This document shows positions 53,004-60,643 of a stretch of DNA of 64,000 bases, in pieces. How positions within the stretch are numbered: position 1 is the stretch's first letter; the number at the start of each line of letters is the position of its first letter. Origin of the DNA: an uncultured Chloroflexia bacterium (GTDB lineage: Bacteria; Chloroflexota; Limnocylindria; Limnocylindrales; CSP1-4); assembly GCA_963806175.1 (NCBI GenBank), contig CAWDXA010000011.1, positions 666,065-730,064 on the forward strand. The letters run 5' to 3'. The notes under the pieces are model-generated. The model saw nothing but the letters and a program-made list of their open reading frames with translations, was not told the DNA's origin and searched no databases. Position numbers and translations under genes: made by a program.

Positions 53004-53890
53004 CCACGATGTCCCAGATCGGTCCTGTCGGCAACCTGCCCCCGGAACAGCTGGTTCGTGCCGCCGGTCTCGTTCGCGAGGGCCGGATGATCTCGCTGGC
53101 CGCCGCGCGGTTCCCGGGGATGCCGCTGTTCCCGGGTCATCCGCCGTTCCAGGTGCTGAACTACCGGACACCCCGCGGGATCCGTGTCACCGGCGCGCAG
53201 CCGTGGGGTCCGGTCAACGACGCCGGCCTCGGCTACATGGCCGAGTACATGATGGCCACGTCGCACTCGGGCGCCCACATGGACGCCCTCGCCCACATGA
53301 CCGTCGACGACGACATGCACTGGTTCGGCGGCGGCAATGCCGACGAGCACCTCACGGACTTCGGTCCGACCTTTGGCGACGCGTCGCACCTGCCGCCATT
53401 CTTCACCCGGGGCGTGCTCCTCGACGCCCCACGGTTTCGGGGCGTGGACTGCCTGGCCAAGGGCGCGGCGATCGACGCCGGGGAATGCCAGGCGATCTGC
53501 GCCGCCGAGGGGGTCGAGATCCGGCCGTGGGACGTCGTCGTCATCCGGACCGGATACATGGGGCTGTGGCCCGACGCCGAACGGATGGCCGCCCACAAGA
53601 CCCCCGGCCCGGATCTCTCCGCGGCCCGCTGGCTGCTCGAGCGCGGCGTGATCGCCACGGGCACCGACACCGAGACCTATGAGGTCCAGCCGGCGCCGGA
53701 TCCCGGCCCCACGGGCAATCCGCAGCCGGTCCACACGCTCCTGCTGATCGAGAACGGGATCTACCTGATGGAGAGCCTGGATCTCGAGGAGCTGGCTCGC
53801 GAACGCGTCTACGAGTTCCTGTTCGTCGCCTTGCCATTGAAGATCCGGGGCGCCACCGCTTCGATGATCGATCCCGTCGCCGTCATCTAG
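53000..53890 (+). CDS. cyclase-family protein (kynurenine-formamidase/isatin-hydrolase-like metal hydrolase)
   Basis: GTGA overlap with the large subunit. HxGxHxDxxxH motif in TSHSGAHMDALAH, later GTDTETYE. An alternative start is ATG 53009. Confidence 0.8.
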   Translation: MTTMSQIGPVGNLPPEQLVRAAGLVREGRMISLAAARFPGMPLFPGHPPFQVLNYRTPRGIRVTGAQPWGPVNDAGLGYMAEYMMATSHSGAHMDALAHMTVDDDMHWFGGGNADEHLTDFGPTFGDASHLPPFFTRGVLLDAPRFRGVDCLAKGAAIDAGECQAICAAEGVEIRPWDVVVIRTGYMGLWPDAERMAAHKTPGPDLSAARWLLERGVIATGTDTETYEVQPAPDPGPTGNPQPVHTLLLIENGIYLMESLDLEELARERVYEFLFVALPLKIRGATASMIDPVAVI

Positions 53891-53901
53891 GAGGGCCCAC
53901 C

Positions 53902-54999
53902 ATGTCCGTCATCGCCCCGGCCGTCGAGCCGGTCGCCGCCCTCCCGGCCACCATGGACGCGCTCGTCGTGCTGGAACCGAACCGATTCGAGATCCAGCAG
54001 GTACCGGTCCCGCTACCGGGTCGCAACGAGGTCCTGTGCCGGGTCCGCGCCGTGTCCATCTGCGGCACCGACGTGCATCTCGTGCGGGGCGATTACCCGG
54101 GCTTCTGGCCGCCGGCGTTCCCGTTCATCCCGGGTCACGAGTGGGCAGGGGAGATCGTGGCGCTCGGACCGGGCGCCGCCGGCTACGGCTGGTCCGTCGG
54201 GGATCGAGTGGCGGGCACCTCCCACGACGCCTGCGGCGTCTGCCAGAAGTGCGTCGAGGGACGCTACAACCTGTGCGAGAACTACGGAAAGCCGGGGCTC
54301 CACAAGCAGTACGGGCACAACGTCCAGGGCGCCGACGCGACCTATGTGGTCCAGGGCATCAAGACGGTCTTCCGGCTGCCGGCGAGTCTCTCGTTCGCCG
54401 AAGGCGCCGTGATTGATCCGGCGTCCATCGCGCTCCATGTCGCCAACCGCGGCGGGGTGCGGCCGGGCGACATCGTCGCGATCACCGGCGCCGGGGCGAT
54501 CGGCCTGCTCTCCGCCGACGCGGCGCTCGTCCGGGGAGCGGCCCGGGTGATCCTCGTCGAGCGGATCCCGGGGCGCCTGGCAAAGGCCGCGCAGCTCGGG
54601 TTCGAGACGGTCGACAGCGGGTCGGTCGATGCGGTCGCCGCCGTGCGGGCGCTGACCGGCGGTCTCGGCGTGGACGTGGTCCTCGAGTGTGCCGGTGTCC
54701 CGGCCACCGTCGCCATGGCGATCGGGATGCTCCGCCGCGGTGGCCGCTGCGCGGCCGTCGGCATTCCCACGACCGGCGTGGAGATCGACATGCAGCGGCT
54801 CGTCCTCGACGAACTCGAGCTGGTCGGCTGCCGGGCCACGGCCGGCGAGATGCGGCACGTCATGCCACTCGTGGAGCAGGGCCGGATCCGGATCCGCGAC
54901 GTGATGACCCATCAGTTCGCGCTGGCCGACTATGAGCAGGCGCTGGCGACGTTCAACGACCCGGCCAGCGGGGCCATCAAGATCATCGTCGCACCCTGA
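53902..54999 (+). CDS. Zn-dependent medium-chain alcohol/polyol dehydrogenase (sorbitol/threonine-DH-like), paralog 1
   Basis: ICGTDVHL, GHEWAGEI, structural-zinc CGVCQKCVEGRYNLC, Rossmann ITGAGAIGLL. Confidence 0.9.
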   Translation: MSVIAPAVEPVAALPATMDALVVLEPNRFEIQQVPVPLPGRNEVLCRVRAVSICGTDVHLVRGDYPGFWPPAFPFIPGHEWAGEIVALGPGAAGYGWSVGDRVAGTSHDACGVCQKCVEGRYNLCENYGKPGLHKQYGHNVQGADATYVVQGIKTVFRLPASLSFAEGAVIDPASIALHVANRGGVRPGDIVAITGAGAIGLLSADAALVRGAARVILVERIPGRLAKAAQLGFETVDSGSVDAVAAVRALTGGLGVDVVLECAGVPATVAMAIGMLRRGGRCAAVGIPTTGVEIDMQRLVLDELELVGCRATAGEMRHVMPLVEQGRIRIRDVMTHQFALADYEQALATFNDPASGAIKIIVAP

Positions 55000-55059
55000 G
55001 TCACGGGCGGTCGCCCGCCTGGCGACCCGCGGGCTCGGCGCGCAGGAGAACGCCGTCAC

Positions 55060-57198
55060 GTGAGCTACGTCTACGATTGCGATCAGCGCCCTGGCCTTCC
55101 CTTCGCCGAGGTCAAGCGGCTCCTGGGCGGCAAGGCCGCCAACCTGGCCGTCATGGCCGGCGACCTCGGCCTGCCCGTGCCACCGGCGTTCACGATCACG
55201 ACCGCGGCCTGTACCGAATACCTGGCGCATGGCTGGCCCGACGGCCTGGACGCCGAGCTCCGCGAGCACATGACCCGGATCGAGCGGCTGGTGGATGAGT
55301 CGTTCGGCGGGCCGGGGACGCCGCTCCTGGTCAGCGTTCGGTCCGGCGCTCCGGTCTCGATGCCCGGGATGATGGACACGATCCTGAACCTGGGCCTGAC
55401 GGACGCGACGACGGCCGGGCTGGCCGGCTCGTCCGGCAGCGAGAAGTTCGCGCGGAACTGCCGCCAGCGCTTCACGGCGATGTTCCGGGATGTGGTGGGC
55501 GTCGCCGACGTGCCGGACGACGCGTGGACCCAGCTCCGCCTCGCGGTCGAGGCGGTCTTCCGGTCGTGGAACAGCGACCGGGCGCGGACCTACCGGGCTC
55601 GCGAAGGGATCGCCGACGATCTCGGCACGGCCGTCACGGTGCAGGCAATGGTCTTCGGGAACCGCAGCGTCGACTCGGGGACGGGCGTCCTGTTCACGCG
55701 CAACCCGGCCACCGGCGAGCCGGTCCTGTACGGCGACGTCATGTTCAACGCGCAGGGCGAGGACGTCGTGGCCGGGACCCATCGGACGGAACCGATCGCC
55801 GTCCTCGACGAGCGGATGCCGGACATCGGCCGCGAGCTGCGCGACTACGCGGATCGCCTGGAGCGCCACCACCGGGACCTCTGCGACATCGAGTTCACGA
55901 TCGAGCACGGCAAGCTGTGGATGCTCCAGTGCCGGGTCGGGAAGCGCAGCCCGCAGGCCGCGCTCCGGATCGCACTCGACATGGCCGAGGCCCCGGACTT
56001 CCCGTTGACCCGCGAGGAAGCCGTCAGGCGGGTGATCGACATCCTGCCGAACCCGCCGAAGGTCGCTACCGAGCGCGATCCCGGAACGCCGGTCCTGGTC
56101 ACCGGCCTGCCGGCGTCACCCGGGGTGGCATCCGGCGAGATCGCCACGTCACCCGAAGCGGCCGTGACCGCGGCCGACGCCGGGCGGGCGGTCGTCCTGG
56201 TCCGGGCGGAGACCTCGCCGGACGACGTGCACGGCATGGCCCGGTCGGTCGGGATCCTCACCTCGAGCGGCGGCCTCGCCAGCCACGCCGCGGTGGTGGC
56301 GCGTGGCTGGGGGATCCCCGCGGTCGTCGGCGCCACCGCGGTCGAGGTCGGCGACGGGATCGTTACGATGGGCGGCCGGGCGTTCCGGGCCGGTGACACG
56401 ATCACCGTCGACGGTGGCAGCGGCGAGGTGTTCGCCGGCGCCATTGCCGGTGCGAGCGTGGTGGTGCCCGAGGCTTCGACGCTGCTGGCATGGGCGGCCG
56501 AGCTGGCGATCCCGGTGGGCGGGAGCGCGTTGCCGGCCGGCTCGGGGGCCGCGACCGCGGTCGACGTCGCATCGGCGGGCGTCAGCGCAGACGAGCTGGT
56601 GCGGACGCTGGTGGTGAAAGGCTATGCGACCCCGGAGATGGCCGGCGCGGCGCTCCTTGCCACGCCCGAGGAGGTCAGTGCGATCCTGGATCGGCTGGTC
56701 GCCGACGGCCTCGTCGAGCTGTCGGCGGGATCGTTCCGCCTCACCGCCGACGGCAAGGCCCTTGGCCGGGAGCGGATCGCGGCCGATGCCGCGCGCTGCG
56801 GGGACGGTGCCGCCCAGGGCGCGCTCGACGGCTTCCTCGCCCTCGACGGCCGGATGAAGGAGACCGTCACCGCGTGGCAGATGCGCACCCTCGACGGAAC
56901 CCAGACCTTCAACGACCATTCGGACGCGGCGTACGACGCCCGTGTCCTGGCCGAGCTCGTGGCGCTGCACCAGGATGCCGCCGCATGGGCGCGGCCGCTC
57001 GAGGCGGCCCTCCCACGGCTCGGCATCTACCGAACGCGGTTGGACCGCGCCGTCGCCGCGGCCCAGGGCGGGGATCAACGGTTTGTCGCGTCGCCGCGGG
57101 TGGACAGCTACCACGGCGTCTGGTTCGAGCTGCACGAGGAGCTGATCCTCCTCGCCGGGCGGAATCGGGCGGACGAAGTCGCTGCCGGCCGGGCCTGA
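55060..57198 (+). CDS. truncated pyruvate,phosphate-dikinase-like protein: ATP-grasp + swivel-His domains, C-terminal about 210-aa non-catalytic (helix-turn-helix-like) domain instead of the PEP/pyruvate barrel
   Basis: MSYVYDCD...LLGGKAANLAVM, VSVRSGAPVSMPGMMDTILNLGL, TAVTVQAMVFGN, DIEFTIEHGKLWMLQCRVGKRS. Swivel domain: GLPASPGVASGE...LTSSGGLASHAAVVARGWGIPAVVG. After about residue 500 there are no GIGLCRTEHMF or NDLTQ motifs, only ELVRTLVVKGYATPEMAGAALLATPEEVSAILDRLVADGLVEL.... Confidence 0.85.
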   Translation: MSYVYDCDQRPGLPFAEVKRLLGGKAANLAVMAGDLGLPVPPAFTITTAACTEYLAHGWPDGLDAELREHMTRIERLVDESFGGPGTPLLVSVRSGAPVSMPGMMDTILNLGLTDATTAGLAGSSGSEKFARNCRQRFTAMFRDVVGVADVPDDAWTQLRLAVEAVFRSWNSDRARTYRAREGIADDLGTAVTVQAMVFGNRSVDSGTGVLFTRNPATGEPVLYGDVMFNAQGEDVVAGTHRTEPIAVLDERMPDIGRELRDYADRLERHHRDLCDIEFTIEHGKLWMLQCRVGKRSPQAALRIALDMAEAPDFPLTREEAVRRVIDILPNPPKVATERDPGTPVLVTGLPASPGVASGEIATSPEAAVTAADAGRAVVLVRAETSPDDVHGMARSVGILTSSGGLASHAAVVARGWGIPAVVGATAVEVGDGIVTMGGRAFRAGDTITVDGGSGEVFAGAIAGASVVVPEASTLLAWAAELAIPVGGSALPAGSGAATAVDVASAGVSADELVRTLVVKGYATPEMAGAALLATPEEVSAILDRLVADGLVELSAGSFRLTADGKALGRERIAADAARCGDGAAQGALDGFLALDGRMKETVTAWQMRTLDGTQTFNDHSDAAYDARVLAELVALHQDAAAWARPLEAALPRLGIYRTRLDRAVAAAQGGDQRFVASPRVDSYHGVWFELHEELILLAGRNRADEVAAGRA

Positions 57199-57974
57199 TG
57201 GCGGCGGCGCTGGCCGGGCGCCGGGTCGTCGTGACCGGCGCGTCGAGCGGCCTCGGAGCCTGGACCGTCCGCCTGCTGGCGGGGCGGGGGGCCCACGTCC
57301 TGGCGGCGGCCCGCCGTGGCGATCGCCTGGTGCGGCTGGTCGATGAGCTCGAGGGCGCGCCGGGCCGGGTGGTGGCCTGCCGGGCCGACGTGACCCGCGA
57401 CGCCGATGCGCGGGCGATGGTGACCGCCGCCGTCGAAGCGTTCGGCGGGATCGACGTGCTCGTCAACAACGCGGGCAGCGAGGTCCAGGCGCCCATCGAC
57501 CGGCTCGCCGAAGACGACTTCGAGGGAATGCTCCGGGCCAACGTCACGAGCGTCTTCCTGTGCACGCGGGCGGCCCTCCCGGAGCTCCGCCGGAGCCGCG
57601 GTGCCGTCGTCAACCTGGGATCGACCGTGGTCTCCCGGCCCCCGCGCGGGCGCTTCGGCTACGTGGCCAGCAAGGGCGCGGTGGAGGCGATGAGCCGGGC
57701 CCTCGCGCTCGATCTCGGCCGCGACGGGATCCGGGTCAACACCATCCGTCCCGGGATCATCCCGTCCGAACTGCGCGGGCTGACCGAGGAGGACGAGCGG
57801 GCGAGGTTCGCCGGCGGGATCACCTTCGGCAAGCAGGCACTGTCCGCCGTCGGCGACCCGTGCGACGTGGCCGAGGCGATCGCCTGGCTGTGCGGCGCCG
57901 GCGGCCGGTGGGTGACCGGGACCGCGATCGACGTCGACGGCGGGTATGTCCTGGGGGCGGCCGATGCCGTCTGA
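57198..57974 (+). CDS. short-chain dehydrogenase/reductase (SDR)
   Basis: TGATG junction with the upstream gene. TGASSGLG, NNAG, catalytic YVASKGAVE. Confidence 0.85.
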   Translation: MAAALAGRRVVVTGASSGLGAWTVRLLAGRGAHVLAAARRGDRLVRLVDELEGAPGRVVACRADVTRDADARAMVTAAVEAFGGIDVLVNNAGSEVQAPIDRLAEDDFEGMLRANVTSVFLCTRAALPELRRSRGAVVNLGSTVVSRPPRGRFGYVASKGAVEAMSRALALDLGRDGIRVNTIRPGIIPSELRGLTEEDERARFAGGITFGKQALSAVGDPCDVAEAIAWLCGAGGRWVTGTAIDVDGGYVLGAADAV

Positions 57975-58581
57975 AGACGTCGGCATGGACGGGCCGACGA
58001 CCACGGACCGGGTCCCGCTCTGGCTGGCAAGCTCGGTCACGGTCGTGGTGAGCCTTCCGTTCGGGTTGTGGCTTGGGGACTTCAACCTGCCACTGTGGGT
58101 CGCCTTCATCGTGTGGGCCGAGTACTTCCAGCTCGGCGCGCGTCCGGCCGTGCTTCGCACGATCATCCCGGCCTATCTCATCGGGGTCGCCGGTGCGACC
58201 GCGATCACGACCGCAAACGCGCTCCTGGAACGCGCGATCCCCGATGCCATGCTCGTCAGCCCGGGCGACGTTGCGGCATTCGTCTCGTTCTTCGCGGGGT
58301 TCTGCATCCTCATCTACGCGATGCGCTGGATGGGCCCGACGCGGACGGGGACCCTGCCGTTCTTCAACGGCATCTCGATGACGCTCGGCGTCCTGTTCAC
58401 CGGCGCGTTCGAGACCGCGGTCGGCCCGGACGTCGACGCGGCGCTGCTCCCGCTCGTCGCCGGCGTCGGGGCCGCGCTGGCCGGCCTGCTCGGGGCCTGT
58501 CTCGGCTGGTTCAACGTGGCGATCCTGTTCACCCGACCGGCACCTGCCCCAGCACTCGACCGCCCGCACCTCAGCGTCTGA
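57964..58581 (+). CDS. integral membrane protein (5-6 TM; possibly DUF1097-like)
   Basis: Overlaps the SDR stop. Hydrophobic segments: LWLASSVTVVVSLPFGLWLG, LPLWVAFIVWAEYF, AYLIGVAGATAITTA, FVSFFAGFCILIYA, GISMTLGVLFTGAF, LLPLVAGVGAALAGLLGACLGWF. The family call is weak. Confidence 0.4.
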   Translation: MPSEDVGMDGPTTTDRVPLWLASSVTVVVSLPFGLWLGDFNLPLWVAFIVWAEYFQLGARPAVLRTIIPAYLIGVAGATAITTANALLERAIPDAMLVSPGDVAAFVSFFAGFCILIYAMRWMGPTRTGTLPFFNGISMTLGVLFTGAFETAVGPDVDAALLPLVAGVGAALAGLLGACLGWFNVAILFTRPAPAPALDRPHLSV

Positions 58582-58609
58582 ACCGCCGCCCGTCAGGGAA
58601 CGGGTGGGA

Positions 58610-59701
58610 TCAGGGCGCGACGACGATCTTGATCGCGCCGCTGGCCCGGTCGTTGAATGTCGCCAGGGCCTCGGCGTAGTCGGCCAGGGCGAATCGGTGG
58701 GTGACGAGCTCGCGAACCCGCATCCGACCCTGCTCCACGTGAGGGATGACGCGGCGCATCTCGCCGGCCGAGGCTCGCGAGCCGACCAGCTCGAGCTCGT
58801 CGAGAACGAGCTTCTGCAACGCGAGCTCGACCCCCTGGGTGGGAATGCCCACCACCGCGCAGCGGCCGCCGCGTCGCAGCATCTCGAGCGCCCATTCGAT
58901 GACCTCCGGCACGCCGGCGCACTCGAGCGCGACGTCGGCGCCGAGACCGTCGGTCATGCCACGCACGGCGGCGACCGGGTCGCCGGCCGTCGAGTCGACG
59001 GTCTCGAAGCCCAGCGTGGCGGCCTTGGCAAGGCGTTGGCCGCGGCCGACGACGATGACCCGGGCCGCGCCGCGGATCCGGGCGGCGTCGCCGGCGAGCA
59101 GTCCGATCGCGCCCGCGCCGGTGATCGCCACCGTGTCGCCCGGGCTGATGTTGCCCCGGTTCGCGACGTGAAGGGCGATCGACGCGGGGTCGATCAGGGC
59201 CCCGTCCTCGAAGGTCAGTGCATCAGGCAGCCGGAAGATGCACTTCACGCCATGCACGACGTACGTCGCGTCGGCGCCCTGGATGCTGTGGCCGTACTGG
59301 CGATGGAGACCCGGCACACCGTAGTTCTCGCACAGGTTGTAGCGGCCCTCGACGCATTCGCGGCAGACGCCGCAGGCGTCGTGCGACGTGCCGGCCACCC
59401 GGTCCCCGACGGACCAGCCAAAGCGTTCCGCCCCCGGACCGAGCGCAGCGATCTCGCCCGCCCATTCGTGACCCGGGATGAACGGGAAGGCCGGCGGCCA
59501 GAAGCCTGGATAGTCGCCCCGGATGAGATGCGCGTCGGTGCCGCAGATCGAGACGGCCCTGACCCTCGCGAGCACCTCGTTCAGGCCCGGCTTCGGGACG
59601 GGAACCTCCTGGATCTCGAGGCGATCGGGCTCGAGGACGACGAGCGCCTGCATCATCGCGGGCACGGTGGCACCTCCATTGGCTGGCGTGCGGGACGACA
59701 C
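58610..59701 (-). CDS. Zn-dependent medium-chain alcohol/polyol dehydrogenase, paralog 2 (inverted copy)
   Basis: Gapless alignment by eye to the 53902 gene over its whole length, roughly three-quarters identical (ICGTDAHL, GHEWAGEI, CGVCRECVEGRYNLC, ITGAGAIGLL, ...SGAIKIVVAP*). Confidence 0.9.
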   Translation of the reverse strand: MSSRTPANGGATVPAMMQALVVLEPDRLEIQEVPVPKPGLNEVLARVRAVSICGTDAHLIRGDYPGFWPPAFPFIPGHEWAGEIAALGPGAERFGWSVGDRVAGTSHDACGVCRECVEGRYNLCENYGVPGLHRQYGHSIQGADATYVVHGVKCIFRLPDALTFEDGALIDPASIALHVANRGNISPGDTVAITGAGAIGLLAGDAARIRGAARVIVVGRGQRLAKAATLGFETVDSTAGDPVAAVRGMTDGLGADVALECAGVPEVIEWALEMLRRGGRCAVVGIPTQGVELALQKLVLDELELVGSRASAGEMRRVIPHVEQGRMRVRELVTHRFALADYAEALATFNDRASGAIKIVVAP

Positions 59702-59744
59702 CGACGGGTCGCGCAGCTCGGCCCGCGTCTCGGTGTGATCGGCG

Positions 59745-60530
59745 CTACTGGGTGGCGGTGAGTCCGCCGTCGATTCCGAGGATCTGCCCGGTCACGAAGG
59801 ACGAGGCGTCGGAGCAGAAGAAGAGCGCCGGCCCGGTGAGGTCCTCCGTTCCGCCGACTCGACCCAGCGGGATCCGGCTGACGATGGACGCCTTGAAGGC
59901 CGGGTCGCCAAGCAGCATCGCGACCTGCGGCGTGTCGACGAAGGTCGGGGCGATCGCATTGACCGTGATGCCGTGCTTCGCCCACTCGGTGGCCCATTGG
60001 CGGGTCAGCGAGCTGATGGCGCCCTTGGCCGCCACGTACGCCGAGTAGCCGGCATTGATCCCCAGCGTGGCACGGACGGAGCTGATGTTGAGGACGCGTC
60101 CGCCGCGTCCGCCGGCGATCATGGCCTTGACCGCCGCCTGCGTGGCGACCAGCGTGCTCCGGACGTTGAGCTCGTAGATCCAGTCCCAGGCGTCCCGCGG
60201 GTAGGCCTCCGCGTCGAACAGGACCTTGCCCGCGCCACCGCCCACGGCATTGACCAGGATGTCCAGCCCTCCGAACCGGTCGACGGTCGCGGCGACGACT
60301 CGCTCGGCATCGGATTCCGCGGTGAGGTCCGCCGAGAGCGCGAGGCTGCCGCCACCGAGGGCACGAAGCTGCTCGGCAGCGGCCTGCGTGCGTTCGTCGG
60401 ACTGGTCGACGATCGCCACGTTCGCACCGGCGCCGGCCAGGGCGAGGGCCAGCGACGATCCGATGGCGCCCCCGCCGCCGGCGACCAGGGCGGTGCGGCC
60501 GTCGAGCCGGAAGGGATCAAGCTGGCTCAT
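59745..60530 (-). CDS. short-chain dehydrogenase/reductase (SDR), first gene of the SDR/ADH operon
   Basis: Start chosen at MSQLDPFRLDGRTALVAGGGGAIGS (ATG 60530). The ORF-track start at 60557 would fall inside the operator. NISS, YVAAKGAI, IDGG. Confidence 0.85.
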   Translation of the reverse strand: MSQLDPFRLDGRTALVAGGGGAIGSSLALALAGAGANVAIVDQSDERTQAAAEQLRALGGGSLALSADLTAESDAERVVAATVDRFGGLDILVNAVGGGAGKVLFDAEAYPRDAWDWIYELNVRSTLVATQAAVKAMIAGGRGGRVLNISSVRATLGINAGYSAYVAAKGAISSLTRQWATEWAKHGITVNAIAPTFVDTPQVAMLLGDPAFKASIVSRIPLGRVGGTEDLTGPALFFCSDASSFVTGQILGIDGGLTATQ

Positions 60531-60555
60531 GCGGCGCACCTCTGTCTCGGTTATC

Positions 60556-60595
60556 ATCGATTATCGAGAATACGCGACGGGAACCTGCGGGTCAA
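60556..60595 (-). promoter_or_regulatory. promoter plus operator site D (SDR/ADH operon; shared divergent region with the E1/E2 genes)
   Basis: On the reverse strand: -35 TTGACC (60590-60595), 17-nt spacer, -10 TATTCT (60567-60572). The dyad ATCGATTATCGAG (60556-60568) overlaps the last 2 nt of the -10. It lies 76 nt upstream of the E1 ATG 60644. Confidence 0.6.
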
Positions 60596-60643
60596 TCGCT
60601 CGGCGAGGGCCACGTGTCAGGGATCGACGGTCGGAGGAATGTC

